Source: a virus. Taken from it: 64,000 nucleotides of DNA. The stretch spans positions 13,820 through 77,819 of IMG/VR virus record IMGVR_UViG_3300010158_000051; one strand, given 5' to 3'. Under the pieces are notes generated by a model. That model saw nothing but the letters and a program-made list of their open reading frames with translations. It ran no database searches and was not told the origin of the DNA. Shown piece after piece: positions 21,190 to 30,082 of this stretch. The first letter of the stretch is position 1; the number at the start of each line of letters is the position of its first letter. A program made the position numbers and the translations under genes.

Positions 21190-22090
21190 TATTGGTTTAA
21201 ACTTAGCACTCAAAGGTGGACTAGGTTTTGGTCGCCAAGTAATGATTTGGGGTAACAAGTCTGCGGGTAAGTCATCTTTTTGTTTGCAAATGATTGCTGA
21301 TGCACAAAAAAATGGAAAGACGTGTGCTTGGATTGATGCGGAAGCATCATATGATGTAGCTTGGGCTAAAACTTTGGGTGTTGATTCAGATTCACTTATT
21401 TATTCGCAAGCTAAATCAATTAATGACATGGTAGATGTTGCAACTCAGCTTATGGATGCTGGTGTTGATATAATTGTAGTTGACTCTATTTCAGCACTAC
21501 TTCCCGCAATTTATTTTGAAAAGGACAGTACAGAGTTAAAGAAGCTTGAAGATACTAAGCAGATTGGTGCGGAAGCAAAGGATATGACCCATGCGGTCAA
21601 AATGTTAAACTATGCCAATAAAAACACGCTACTGGTTCTCATTTCACAACAACGTAATCAGTTTGGTAGCATGCATGCCTCCCACATCCCCACAGGTGGA
21701 ATGGCGGTCAAATTCTTTTCATCTACGATCATTAAGCTTTGGTCGTCAGAAGCTGAGGCGAATGCTATTAAATCTGGCATTCAAGTTGGTGATAAGATTA
21801 TTGAACAAAAAGTCGGACGACCAGTCAATTGGATTGTTGATTACAATAAACTCGGACCGCCAAATCTCTCAGGACAATATGACTTTTACTACCAAGGTGA
21901 TTCACTGGGAGTAGATTCTATAGGTGAAGTTTGCGACGTTGCAGAAATGATGGGAATCATTCAAAAAGGCGGAGCATGGTATACAGTTGGAGAAGAACGT
22001 TTTCAAGGACGTGCTAAAGTTGTAGACTATTTAAAAAATAATCCTAAGATAGTTGAAGAATTAAGAGGCAAGATTTATGACAAGTCTTGA
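21092..22090 (+). CDS. recA: RecA recombinase
   Basis: GNKSAGKS, IDAE, VVDSI, TGGMAVKF and KGGAWY. Confidence 0.95.
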   Translation: MITEEILAKLDPKTRARVQLATKISVEKQKTPSIGLNLALKGGLGFGRQVMIWGNKSAGKSSFCLQMIADAQKNGKTCAWIDAEASYDVAWAKTLGVDSDSLIYSQAKSINDMVDVATQLMDAGVDIIVVDSISALLPAIYFEKDSTELKKLEDTKQIGAEAKDMTHAVKMLNYANKNTLLVLISQQRNQFGSMHASHIPTGGMAVKFFSSTIIKLWSSEAEANAIKSGIQVGDKIIEQKVGRPVNWIVDYNKLGPPNLSGQYDFYYQGDSLGVDSIGEVCDVAEMMGIIQKGGAWYTVGEERFQGRAKVVDYLKNNPKIVEELRGKIYDKS

Positions 22091-22274
22091 AGATTTTTTA
22101 AAAAGTAATAAAGTAGAAACAGGTTCTTCTATACAAAAAGAACCAGCAAATGGATCTTTTTCTTGTCAACATGAAGATTGTGATGAAGTAATTTACGAAG
22201 GTACAATTGACAGAAGCAATCATCGCCTAACCTGGACTTGTTCTAGGGGCCACCATTCAAGCGTGGTCGTTTAA
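22077..22274 (+). CDS. Small Cys/His (zinc-binding) protein
   Basis: C....C ... C..GH. Confidence 0.55.
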   Translation: MTSLEDFLKSNKVETGSSIQKEPANGSFSCQHEDCDEVIYEGTIDRSNHRLTWTCSRGHHSSVVV

Positions 22275-22579
22275 TGTCAGAGCGTGGGGAGATAAAAAGA
22301 GATGGTGCAAAAGGGCAAAAAAATAGTGGTCGTGGTGACTATCAAAAAGGGGACGCTCAATGGCGTAATTTTTTGGTTGATTACAAAGAGTATTCAAAAT
22401 CAATCTCGATATCAAAAGACATTTGGGCAAAAATTTGTACTGACACTTTTAAGGTGGACAGAAATAAATATCCAGTCCTTAAGCTCATACTTGGCGAGAG
22501 CACTAAAACGAGACTTGCGGTAATAGAATGGGCGTTACTAGAACAACTGATAGACTGTTGGGAGCAGCATAATGAGTAA
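22274..22579 (+). CDS. PD-(D/E)xK Holliday-junction resolvase-like nuclease
   Basis: 'NSG....KGD......VDYK' pattern. Confidence 0.65.
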   Translation: MSERGEIKRDGAKGQKNSGRGDYQKGDAQWRNFLVDYKEYSKSISISKDIWAKICTDTFKVDRNKYPVLKLILGESTKTRLAVIEWALLEQLIDCWEQHNE

Positions 22580-22754
22580 GTATGAAATAACTGATTTTCA
22601 AGAATGGTTAGAGTTTGGTCATTCTAAAGGTTGGGTAAGCGATGTGTTTTGCAATACACATGACGGTGGACCAATGACTGATGAAGAATCACAGGAATGG
22701 GAAGAAGGCGGAGATCCTTGCATGTTCTGCGTTAGGGTGAATGAACTTGACTGA
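22572..22754 (+). CDS. Small conserved phage protein
   Basis: 'CNTHDGGP...GGDPC' with operon overlap. Confidence 0.6.
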   Translation: MSKYEITDFQEWLEFGHSKGWVSDVFCNTHDGGPMTDEESQEWEEGGDPCMFCVRVNELD

Positions 22755-23073
22755 GAAACCTTTAATTGAATTGATTAGTGAAGTAACTGAATTCAATGAT
22801 ATAAAAGAGTATATGAATGATCCAGATTTAGATTATGCTCTTGATTTAATTATTAAACTTATTACTAAGCCTGATGTTCCATCTTCAAAAGCTCCCGACC
22901 TTATTATTAAGATGCAAGCGTTGGGTGCAAAGTTTGCCATGCTTTCCAGATTCTACACCACCTTTGAAAAAGGCGGGGAGAATTCAAAGAAGAAGAACGT
23001 ATATTACACAGCAGAAGAAGCAATTAATAGACTAGTGGATGCTCTTAAGTATTCAGCAAGGTATGGAGCATAA
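22741..23073 (+). CDS. Hypothetical helical protein (possible recombination mediator)
   Basis: Context between recA and the Cas4-like nuclease. Confidence 0.5.
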   Translation: MNLTEKPLIELISEVTEFNDIKEYMNDPDLDYALDLIIKLITKPDVPSSKAPDLIIKMQALGAKFAMLSRFYTTFEKGGENSKKKNVYYTAEEAINRLVDALKYSARYGA

Positions 23074-23855
23074 TGGCTAGAGAGATTATAAGTAATTTAA
23101 AATTCCAGAAAAACCATGAGCCTGGAAGTTTTGATGTAAACGAGTTTGCACTCATGGTAGAAAAGGCATATACAGATGGAGAACAAAGAGATCCCTTCAC
23201 TCAAAAGAAGACGTTTAGCCCCAGTACTATTGGTTATGGTCACGGTAACTGTGCTAGATATTGGTTCATTGCTTTTACTGGTGCGGAGTTTGAAGACCAG
23301 TTCGATGCTATGGCTAGGGCTAACATGGATAACGGTACGGCTGCTCATGACCGCATTCAGAAAGTCATGGCTAAAACTGGAGTACTCAAGGCAACAGAAA
23401 TTGAAATTACCCATGATGATCCTCCGATTCGAGGCTTTGCAGACGCTATTATCGAATGGAACGGAAAAGAAGTAGTAGGAGAAATCAAGACTGCTAAAGA
23501 TGAAGTTTTTTCAATGCGAAGAGCAGAAATGAAACCATCAGGCAATCACTTGCTTCAAATTCTTACATACATGAAAATTAGAAAAGCTGCACAAGGATTT
23601 TTGTATTATGAAAATAAAAATGATCAATCAATTTTAATCATTCCAGTTAATGTAAATGAAAGAAATAAAGCAATCATTGAAGAAGTTTTTGAATGGTTGA
23701 GAACAACTTACAAAGCATATACTGATAATACCTTGCCAGAAAGACCTTTTACTAAATCGCAATCGGCTTGTAAGTATTGCCCAGTTAAAAAGGTTTGTTG
23801 GAAAGAAATGGATGAGGGCGAAATTTTTATACCAGCAATGGTGCCACCAAAATGA
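23073..23855 (+). CDS. Cas4/RecB-family exonuclease
   Basis: 'SPS...C.R', 'GTAAH', 'G.AD...EIKT', 'QILTY' and C-terminal CxxC.....C (Fe-S). Confidence 0.85.
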   Translation: MAREIISNLKFQKNHEPGSFDVNEFALMVEKAYTDGEQRDPFTQKKTFSPSTIGYGHGNCARYWFIAFTGAEFEDQFDAMARANMDNGTAAHDRIQKVMAKTGVLKATEIEITHDDPPIRGFADAIIEWNGKEVVGEIKTAKDEVFSMRRAEMKPSGNHLLQILTYMKIRKAAQGFLYYENKNDQSILIIPVNVNERNKAIIEEVFEWLRTTYKAYTDNTLPERPFTKSQSACKYCPVKKVCWKEMDEGEIFIPAMVPPK

Positions 23856-24148
23856 TATGTGCTTACGATAAATGCAACAATGAATTTGAGCCAAAAACAC
23901 ACAATCAAAAGTATTGTTCAGATGAGTGTTGCAGAACTGCTACAAATCAAAAGCTTAAAGACGCATATTATGAAAAAAAAGCAAGGCTTGCTGGAAAGCC
24001 AAGAATTTGTAAAACTCAAGGATGCAACGTAGTGCTTAGTAGATATAACGAAGGTCGTATTTGCGATAAGTGCGAGAGTGCAAAGAGAGAAGAAGAGCGT
24101 AAAGCTTTGGTTGAAATGGTGAGAAGTGTCTCTGGCAAAACTCGTTAA
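23852..24148 (+). CDS. Zinc-finger protein
   Basis: Multiple Cys pairs and 'QKYCSDEC'. Confidence 0.65.
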   Translation: MICAYDKCNNEFEPKTHNQKYCSDECCRTATNQKLKDAYYEKKARLAGKPRICKTQGCNVVLSRYNEGRICDKCESAKREEERKALVEMVRSVSGKTR

Positions 24149-24683
24149 ACCAAGATCTAATAGGGTTTTGGGTATAGATGCTAGCACCAACAACATTGCT
24201 TTTTGCCTTATGGAGGATAAAAAAGCAATTAAATGGGGAGAAATAACGTTTGAAGGATCAGATGTTTATCAAAGAATACTTGATGCAAAAAGAAAAATCA
24301 AGGCTTTTAAAAACGAGTTGGATACAGATTTTGTTGCAATAGAAGCAGCCATATCTGTCAAGTCAGTACACACGGGAATTAAGATGGCATACGTATTTGG
24401 TGCTATAATGGGAGAGTTACTTAGTGATAATATGCAAGTGGTTGAAGTTCACCCTATAACCTGGCAATCATATATTGGTAATAAAAACTTTAACAAAATA
24501 GAAAAGCAGGCAATAAAAGATGAGTTTCCAGACAAATCCGACACATGGATTAAAGGAAAAATCAGAGAGCGTAGAAAACAACGCACTATTGATTTTAGTA
24601 GAACGTTGGGCGTTGAAACTCAGTCCGATAATGTTGCTGATGCGACGGGAGTAGCTTGGTATGCCATCAATGAAATTATATGA
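24126..24683 (+). CDS. ruvC: RuvC-like resolvase
   Basis: 'VLGIDAS', 'VAIE' and 'DNVADA'. Confidence 0.8.
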   Translation: MSLAKLVKPRSNRVLGIDASTNNIAFCLMEDKKAIKWGEITFEGSDVYQRILDAKRKIKAFKNELDTDFVAIEAAISVKSVHTGIKMAYVFGAIMGELLSDNMQVVEVHPITWQSYIGNKNFNKIEKQAIKDEFPDKSDTWIKGKIRERRKQRTIDFSRTLGVETQSDNVADATGVAWYAINEII

Positions 24684-24831
24684 CAGTAAAGACTGGTGTT
24701 ACAAACGTTATGTCGTAGAAAAGAAAACAATATTAGATATGGCTATGGAAGCTAAATGTAGCCACATGACTATTCAAAGATCCTTGCAAAGATGGGGTCT
24801 GATTAAGCAGCAAAGAAAATGGACTAAGTGA
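24670..24831 (+). CDS. Small HTH protein, 53 aa (not in ORF track)
   Basis: MKLYDSKDWCYKRYVVEKKTILDMAMEAKCSHMTIQRSLQRWGL. Fills the gap with overlaps at both ends. Confidence 0.7.
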   Translation: MKLYDSKDWCYKRYVVEKKTILDMAMEAKCSHMTIQRSLQRWGLIKQQRKWTK

Positions 24832-25481
24832 TACCAGTATTAGCTATACCAGTTTTAAATAGATATGATCTGTTAGATCAAAACTTAGAAACAATTGATT
24901 ATCCAGTTAAAGAAATATTAATATTAAATAATGGCAAAGAGCCATATGAGCCTAAGCGTAAAGATTTAAATGTAAGAGTACTTAATCTGCCGTCAAATCT
25001 TGGCATGTCTGGTTCTTGGAACCTAACCATAAAACTTTACCCACATGAAGAATACTGGATGTTTTCATCAGCAGATACACATTGGGTTCCAGGATCTCTT
25101 GAAGAATTAAATCGTGCAAGTGGAAAAGAAAAACTTGTTATGACAGTAGAGGGTTGGAGCTGTTTTTCAATTGGAGAAAATATTGTAAGAGAAGTTGGTT
25201 TATTTGATGAATTCTTTTATCCAATTTACTTTGAAGACAATGACTACTATGAAAGAGTTATGCGCTCAAGTGTAAAAGACGGCTATGTAAATGGTACTAT
25301 AAAAGTTAATGTGCCAGATGGTGCGTCTCAAACTATTAATAGTGATGAAAAGTTAAAGAATAGAAACAATGAAACATTTGTTGTAAATGAAGCATACTTT
25401 AATCAAAAGAAAGAACAAGACTTTAAGATTAATGGTGTTTGGAATATTGATCGTAGAAAGGCTCAAGAATGGCTGCGGTAA
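24828..25481 (+). CDS. Glycosyltransferase family 2
   Basis: 'IPVLNR', 'NLGMSGSWN' and 'GLFDEFFYPIYFEDNDY'. Confidence 0.85.
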   Translation: MIPVLAIPVLNRYDLLDQNLETIDYPVKEILILNNGKEPYEPKRKDLNVRVLNLPSNLGMSGSWNLTIKLYPHEEYWMFSSADTHWVPGSLEELNRASGKEKLVMTVEGWSCFSIGENIVREVGLFDEFFYPIYFEDNDYYERVMRSSVKDGYVNGTIKVNVPDGASQTINSDEKLKNRNNETFVVNEAYFNQKKEQDFKINGVWNIDRRKAQEWLR

Positions 25482-26131
25482 TTGGTTTACTACCTGCTTC
25501 TGGAAGTGCATCAAGATTGGGCGGAATCCCAAAGTTTTGTTTACCATTAACTGATCAACAGAATATATTACAATGGCATGTAGAGCAAATGCTTAAGGTT
25601 TGCGACATAGTAAAGATATCAACTAGAAAATCATGGCTTCCTATTGTAAATCAAATGGATTTGCCACCGACAGCAGTTGTATATGAAATTGAACCTTCAA
25701 CAATGTCAGATGCATTAGTTAAAATGATGGTTAACCCAAACTCTAAATACATTATTGGTATGCCAGATACTTATATGCCAGGTTCTGACGGAGATTTTTA
25801 CAGACAACTTGCTTGGTCTGATGCAGACGTAACATTAGCAGCATTCGAATGTCATGAAGATATCAAAGGCAGAGTTGGGCAGATTAAGTTTGATGAGTTT
25901 GGCAGAGTTATTGATGCTCTTGACAAGACCCCAGGTTGTGATTATAATTATATGTGGGGAGCGATGGCTGTACAAAATATTTATATTGATGAAGAGCTTC
26001 CAAATCCAGGCGTTCAAATTATGGATTGGGTTAATGAAGGTAAGGATGTAAAAGCGTTAGTTGCACAAGGCAAGTACCTAGATATTGGAACAGTAAATGG
26101 TCTTAAAATGTTGTATAGAGAGGAATTATAA
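25469..26131 (+). CDS. Sugar-phosphate nucleotidyltransferase
   Basis: 'LPASGSASRLGGIPKFCLP' and 'YLDIGT'. Confidence 0.8.
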   Translation: MAAVIGLLPASGSASRLGGIPKFCLPLTDQQNILQWHVEQMLKVCDIVKISTRKSWLPIVNQMDLPPTAVVYEIEPSTMSDALVKMMVNPNSKYIIGMPDTYMPGSDGDFYRQLAWSDADVTLAAFECHEDIKGRVGQIKFDEFGRVIDALDKTPGCDYNYMWGAMAVQNIYIDEELPNPGVQIMDWVNEGKDVKALVAQGKYLDIGTVNGLKMLYREEL

Positions 26132-26472
26132 TGTCGGATTATCCAGATAAAAGCGGATATCAATCTTGGATTACAGATCTTCAATTAATGGCTACTGGAG
26201 CACCTTCAGGTAGCAAGATTATTGTATCCTGTTTAGAAATCATGGAGATGCTTATTAAAAAGAATGTTTCATACGGAGATTCCGCACTTAGCCCAGTTAG
26301 AATATTTGCACAATCTGACAGCATTGAACAAATTAAAATTAGAATTGACGATAAAATCAACCGTGTAAAGAACAATCAAGGTTTTGCTGGAGACAACGAT
26401 ATTGATGATTTGATTGGTTATTTAATTTTACTTAAAATTGCTATTGACAAAGACAGGTCTAAAGGAGTATAA
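26131..26472 (+). CDS. DUF1599/Nmad1-like (nucleotide-modification-associated) protein
   Basis: 'KKNVSYGDS...IRIDDKINR...DLIGYLIL'. Confidence 0.7.
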   Translation: MSDYPDKSGYQSWITDLQLMATGAPSGSKIIVSCLEIMEMLIKKNVSYGDSALSPVRIFAQSDSIEQIKIRIDDKINRVKNNQGFAGDNDIDDLIGYLILLKIAIDKDRSKGV

Positions 26473-26478
26473 TAGATT

Positions 26479-26658
26479 ATGCCTACATATGAGTATGCTT
26501 GTATTACATGTGAGACAAGCGAAGAAATAACAAGAGGGCTTAGTGATCCAGAATCATTACCCGCCTGCCCTTCATGCGGATATAGTATGGCAAGGGTTTA
26601 CAATGCTCCAGGAATTACGTTTAAAGGGTCAGGGTTTTATAAAACAGACAATGGATAA
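26479..26658 (+). CDS. FmdB-family zinc-ribbon protein (not in ORF track)
   Basis: MPTYEYACITC...CPSCG...PGITFKGSGFYKTD, with its own TTGACA/TATAAT promoter. Confidence 0.85.
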   Translation: MPTYEYACITCETSEEITRGLSDPESLPACPSCGYSMARVYNAPGITFKGSGFYKTDNG

Positions 26659-27175
26659 TTCAGTAGAACTTGCAAGTCAGTTTGATCAAATGAATAAGGT
26701 CGTAGAGGAATTGCTTAAAGGCAACTCCCCTGCAAAGATTGCCACAAGCTTAGGGCTGACTAGAGTTCAAGTAGAAAACCATGTAAAAAGTTGGAAAAAT
26801 TTTGTGCAAGATAGCAAAGTTATTCGTGAACGTGCAAAAGAAGCACTTGCTGGAGCAGACGAACATTACAACATGCTTATTAAAGAAGCGTGGGACGTTG
26901 TTCACGAAGCTGGAGTTGCATCAGAACTTAACACAAAAAACGCAGCATTAAAACTTATTGCTGACATTGAGGCTAAACGTATTGATATGCTTAACAAGGC
27001 GGGAGTCCTTGAAAGCGATTCTATGGCTGATCAGATACTAGAATCAGAAAGAAAGCAAGACTTATTGGTTGGAATATTAAAGGATGTTACTGCAAAATGT
27101 GAACACTGTAAGTGGGAAGTGTCCAAAAGATTATCTCAGGTTACAGGACAAGTTGAAGCAGTAATAGTAGACTAA
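26651..27175 (+). CDS. Putative terminase small subunit (HTH)
   Basis: N-terminal HTH, immediately upstream of and overlapping terL. Start moved to 26651. Confidence 0.6.
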   Translation: MDNSVELASQFDQMNKVVEELLKGNSPAKIATSLGLTRVQVENHVKSWKNFVQDSKVIRERAKEALAGADEHYNMLIKEAWDVVHEAGVASELNTKNAALKLIADIEAKRIDMLNKAGVLESDSMADQILESERKQDLLVGILKDVTAKCEHCKWEVSKRLSQVTGQVEAVIVD

Positions 27176-29022
27176 TGTCAGAATTTAATATCTTTTTAGA
27201 TGCACTTGAAGGCGATGAATTTGTAGAAAAACCAGCACCTCTTGAAGAGTTTGTAACAAGCAAAGATTATTTAGGGTTGCCCCCTTTATCAGAACATCAA
27301 TACACAATGATTAAAGCATCAACACAAATTTACAAGCAAGAAACATTGATTAAAATTTACGGGGAAGATGAAGGTCGCAAGATCTTTAAACAAACATGTA
27401 ATGAAGTAATCCTACAACTGGGCAAAGGTTCTGGTAAAGATTATACTTCTACTATTGCTTGTGCATATATGGTGCACTTGCTTCTTTGTCTTACAGATCC
27501 TGCCAGATATTATGGCAAACCTCCAGGCGATGCAATTGATATTATTAACATTGCTATTAACGCTGTTCAGGCAAACCGAGTATTTTTTAAAGGCTTTAAT
27601 CAACGTATTGAAAAGTCACCTTGGTTTCAAGGCAAGTACATATCAAAAGCTAATATGGTTGAATTTGATAAAGGAGTTACAGTTCACTCAGGTCACTCTG
27701 AAAGAGAAGCTTGGGAAGGATATAACGTTCTTGTTGTTATTCTTGATGAAATTTCAGGTTTTGACTTGGAATCAACATCTGGAAATGAACAAGCTAAAAC
27801 AGCATCATCTATTTATAAGATGTATCGTGCATCTGTAAATTCTCGTTTCCCAGACTTTGGTAAAGTTATTTTGCTTTCATTCCCACGCTTTAAGAACGAT
27901 TATATTCAACAAAGATACAATGAAGTTATTGCTGAAAAAGAAGTTGTTCTACGTCATCATAGGTTTAAGGTAGATCCAGAATTGCCAGACGGGGTGGAGG
28001 GAAATGAATTTGAAATGGAATGGGAAGAAGACCATATTGTTTCTTACAAAATTCCTAGAGTATACGCACTCAAAAGACCAACATGGGAAGTAAACCCTAC
28101 ACGTCAGATAACTGATTTTACTATTGACTTTTATACAGATCCTACGGATGCTTTATCTCGTTTTGCATGTATGCCACCAGACGCAACAGATGCATTCTTT
28201 AAAAACCGTGCAGTAATTGAAAAAGCATTTTCAAATCCTAATTTAAATGTAGACTCATATGGTCGTTTTGCTGATACATTTAAACCAGATCCAGATAAAT
28301 GGTATTACATTCACGTTGACCTTGCACAAAAGCATGACCATTGTGCCGTAGCATTAGCACATGTTCACAACTGGGTAACGATGAAAATCGGGGATAAGAT
28401 GAAAGAAGCTGCCCCACGCATCATAGTAGACGCAGTTAGATTTTGGACACCTACAGCATCAAAGTCTGTAGATTTTACAGACGTAAAAGAATATATAATT
28501 AGTTTAAGAGAACGTGGTTTCAATATTAAGATGGTTACATTTGACCGTTGGAATTCACACGATATGATGCAGCAATTAAAAGCTCATGGAATGAATTGTG
28601 AAACTTTATCTGTTGCTAAAAAGCACTACGAAGATATGTCTCTTTGTATTACAGAAGAACGAGTAGATGGTCCTAGAATCCAGCTGTTGGTTGATGAGCT
28701 GCTTCAGCTTCGCATTGTAAAGGATAAGGTAGACCACCCTAGAAAAGGCTCTAAGGACCTCTCTGATGCCGTTTGCGGGGCTATTTACAACTCTGTAGCC
28801 CTAACACCTAGGGATTTAGACCCTGAAGTAGAACTTTATACTTACGCTGGTGTATTTTCAGATGAATTAGATCAATTAAGAAAAGAATCAGATGCCAGAC
28901 TAATTAGAAATAAAACAATTAAACTTCCAGATAGGGAAGAGATGCCATCAAATTTGCGGGACTACTTAGGGATAGAAGAAGATGAAGATGAATTCCCTAT
29001 TGACAGCATGCGTGTGCTCTGA
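27175..29022 (+). CDS. terL: Terminase large subunit
   Basis: GKGSGKD, VILDE, nuclease 'HVDLA', 'TFDRWNS' and 'DHP..GSKDLSDA'. Confidence 0.92.
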   Translation: MSEFNIFLDALEGDEFVEKPAPLEEFVTSKDYLGLPPLSEHQYTMIKASTQIYKQETLIKIYGEDEGRKIFKQTCNEVILQLGKGSGKDYTSTIACAYMVHLLLCLTDPARYYGKPPGDAIDIINIAINAVQANRVFFKGFNQRIEKSPWFQGKYISKANMVEFDKGVTVHSGHSEREAWEGYNVLVVILDEISGFDLESTSGNEQAKTASSIYKMYRASVNSRFPDFGKVILLSFPRFKNDYIQQRYNEVIAEKEVVLRHHRFKVDPELPDGVEGNEFEMEWEEDHIVSYKIPRVYALKRPTWEVNPTRQITDFTIDFYTDPTDALSRFACMPPDATDAFFKNRAVIEKAFSNPNLNVDSYGRFADTFKPDPDKWYYIHVDLAQKHDHCAVALAHVHNWVTMKIGDKMKEAAPRIIVDAVRFWTPTASKSVDFTDVKEYIISLRERGFNIKMVTFDRWNSHDMMQQLKAHGMNCETLSVAKKHYEDMSLCITEERVDGPRIQLLVDELLQLRIVKDKVDHPRKGSKDLSDAVCGAIYNSVALTPRDLDPEVELYTYAGVFSDELDQLRKESDARLIRNKTIKLPDREEMPSNLRDYLGIEEDEDEFPIDSMRVL

Positions 29023-29058
29023 TAGACTAACACCTATAACTACTAACAAAGGAATAAA

Positions 29059-29346
29059 ATGCTAGGTAATGGCACAATGAGAACAATTGAAGATGAAAAA
29101 GATATTTATATTTCTCTTACACAACTTTGCGAATACTTTACACAATCTGTTGTAAACATGCAAAAAGAAATTGAAGAAGCTGATCCAAAAAGTAAGCGAT
29201 ATGCAGCAGGATTGCTTGATATGATGCACACAATTGCTGATGAAATGGTTCAACTTGGTAAGTTTGAAGCACAGAGACGTTTGATTAATAGTCCAGAAGA
29301 TTTGCTGAAGATGATTGACAACAATCCATTCGGTAAGGTAGAATAA
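29059..29346 (+). CDS. Hypothetical protein
   Basis: Own promoter and AAGGA RBS. Confidence 0.65.
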   Translation: MLGNGTMRTIEDEKDIYISLTQLCEYFTQSVVNMQKEIEEADPKSKRYAAGLLDMMHTIADEMVQLGKFEAQRRLINSPEDLLKMIDNNPFGKVE

Positions 29347-29356
29347 ATTCTACTGA

Positions 29357-29429
29357 TGCCCCATAGCTCAATTGGCAGAGCACCGCACTGTTAATGCGGG
29401 TGTTCCTGGTTCGAGTCCAGGTGGGGCAG
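29357..29429 (+). tRNA. tRNA-Asn(GTT)
   Basis: Acceptor TGCCCCA/TGGGGCA, anticodon arm CCGCA-ctGTTaa-TGCGG, TTCGA T-loop. Confidence 0.93.
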
Positions 29430-29464
29430 CAAATTATCAACCTTCAACTAGAGAGAGTATAATT

Positions 29465-29704
29465 ATGAATATGACAGCAGAATCAGTTGTAGAAGAAATA
29501 GAGTATGTATTAAGTCCACTTGATCGTTGCGATCAATGTTCTGCAGAAGCCTTAGTTTTAGTAAAAGGCGTAACGGGTCAGCTTATGTTTTGCGGTCATC
29601 ACTACGCAAAAAATGAAGAAGCATTATCAAAGTTTGCATATGAAACTATTGATGAGCGAGATAAACTAAAAGAAAATAAATCAAAAGAACCCCCACACGC
29701 ATAA
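29465..29704 (+). CDS. Small zinc-binding protein of actinobacterial type
   Basis: 'DRCDQCSAEA...LMFCGHH'. Start moved out of the tRNA. Confidence 0.7.
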   Translation: MNMTAESVVEEIEYVLSPLDRCDQCSAEALVLVKGVTGQLMFCGHHYAKNEEALSKFAYETIDERDKLKENKSKEPPHA

Positions 29705-29712
29705 TTAAACAA

Positions 29713-29786
29713 AGAGCAATAGCTTAGTTGGTTAAAGCCCCGAACTCATAATTCGGTAATCGTAGGTTCGAGTCCTACTTGCTCTA
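29713..29786 (+). tRNA. tRNA with CAT anticodon (elongator Met or Ile2)
   Basis: AGAGCAA/TTGCTCT acceptor, CCGAA-ctCATaa-TTCGG. Confidence 0.9.
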
Positions 29787-29789
29787 CAA

Positions 29790-29913
29790 GGCTATAAACG
29801 ACACAACTTAGGATGTTATAGTTACATATACACCCAAAACTCGGAAGAGTGGCGTGTGAGACAGATACAGCATGTACGTCATGTGCAACTGGAAGTCGCC
29901 ATCGTTTATAGCC
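29790..29913 (+). ncRNA. Candidate structured ncRNA (~124 nt) between tRNAs
   Basis: Perfect 12-bp terminal stem GGCTATAAACGA/TCGTTTATAGCC and internal GNRA hairpins. Abuts tRNAs on both sides. Confidence 0.6.
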
Positions 29914-29916
29914 CCT

Positions 29917-29987
29917 GCGAATATTGCATAGTGGTAGTGCGTAACCTTGCCAAGGTTAATGTGCGAGTTCGATTCTCGCTATTCGCT
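29917..29987 (+). tRNA. tRNA-Gly(GCC)
   Basis: GCGAATA/TATTCGC acceptor, AACC-ttGCCaa-GGTT. Confidence 0.9.
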
Positions 29988-29992
29988 CATAT

Positions 29993-30063
29993 TCCCAGAT
30001 CGTCTAACGGTAGGACACCGCCCTTTGGAGGCGGGTATCTTGGTTCGAATCCAGGTCAGGGAG
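29993..30063 (+). tRNA. tRNA-Gln(TTG)
   Basis: CCGCC-ctTTGga-GGCGG and GGTTCGAATCC. One mismatch in the acceptor stem. Confidence 0.85.
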
Positions 30064-30082
30064 CTGATATAATAGGAGGACT

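Noticed and set aside
17427-29022. Inteins or introns in dnaE, recA or terL (also nrdJ)
   Set aside because: Protein lengths and motif spacing are normal, and no C...HN intein ends or interrupted frames are seen.
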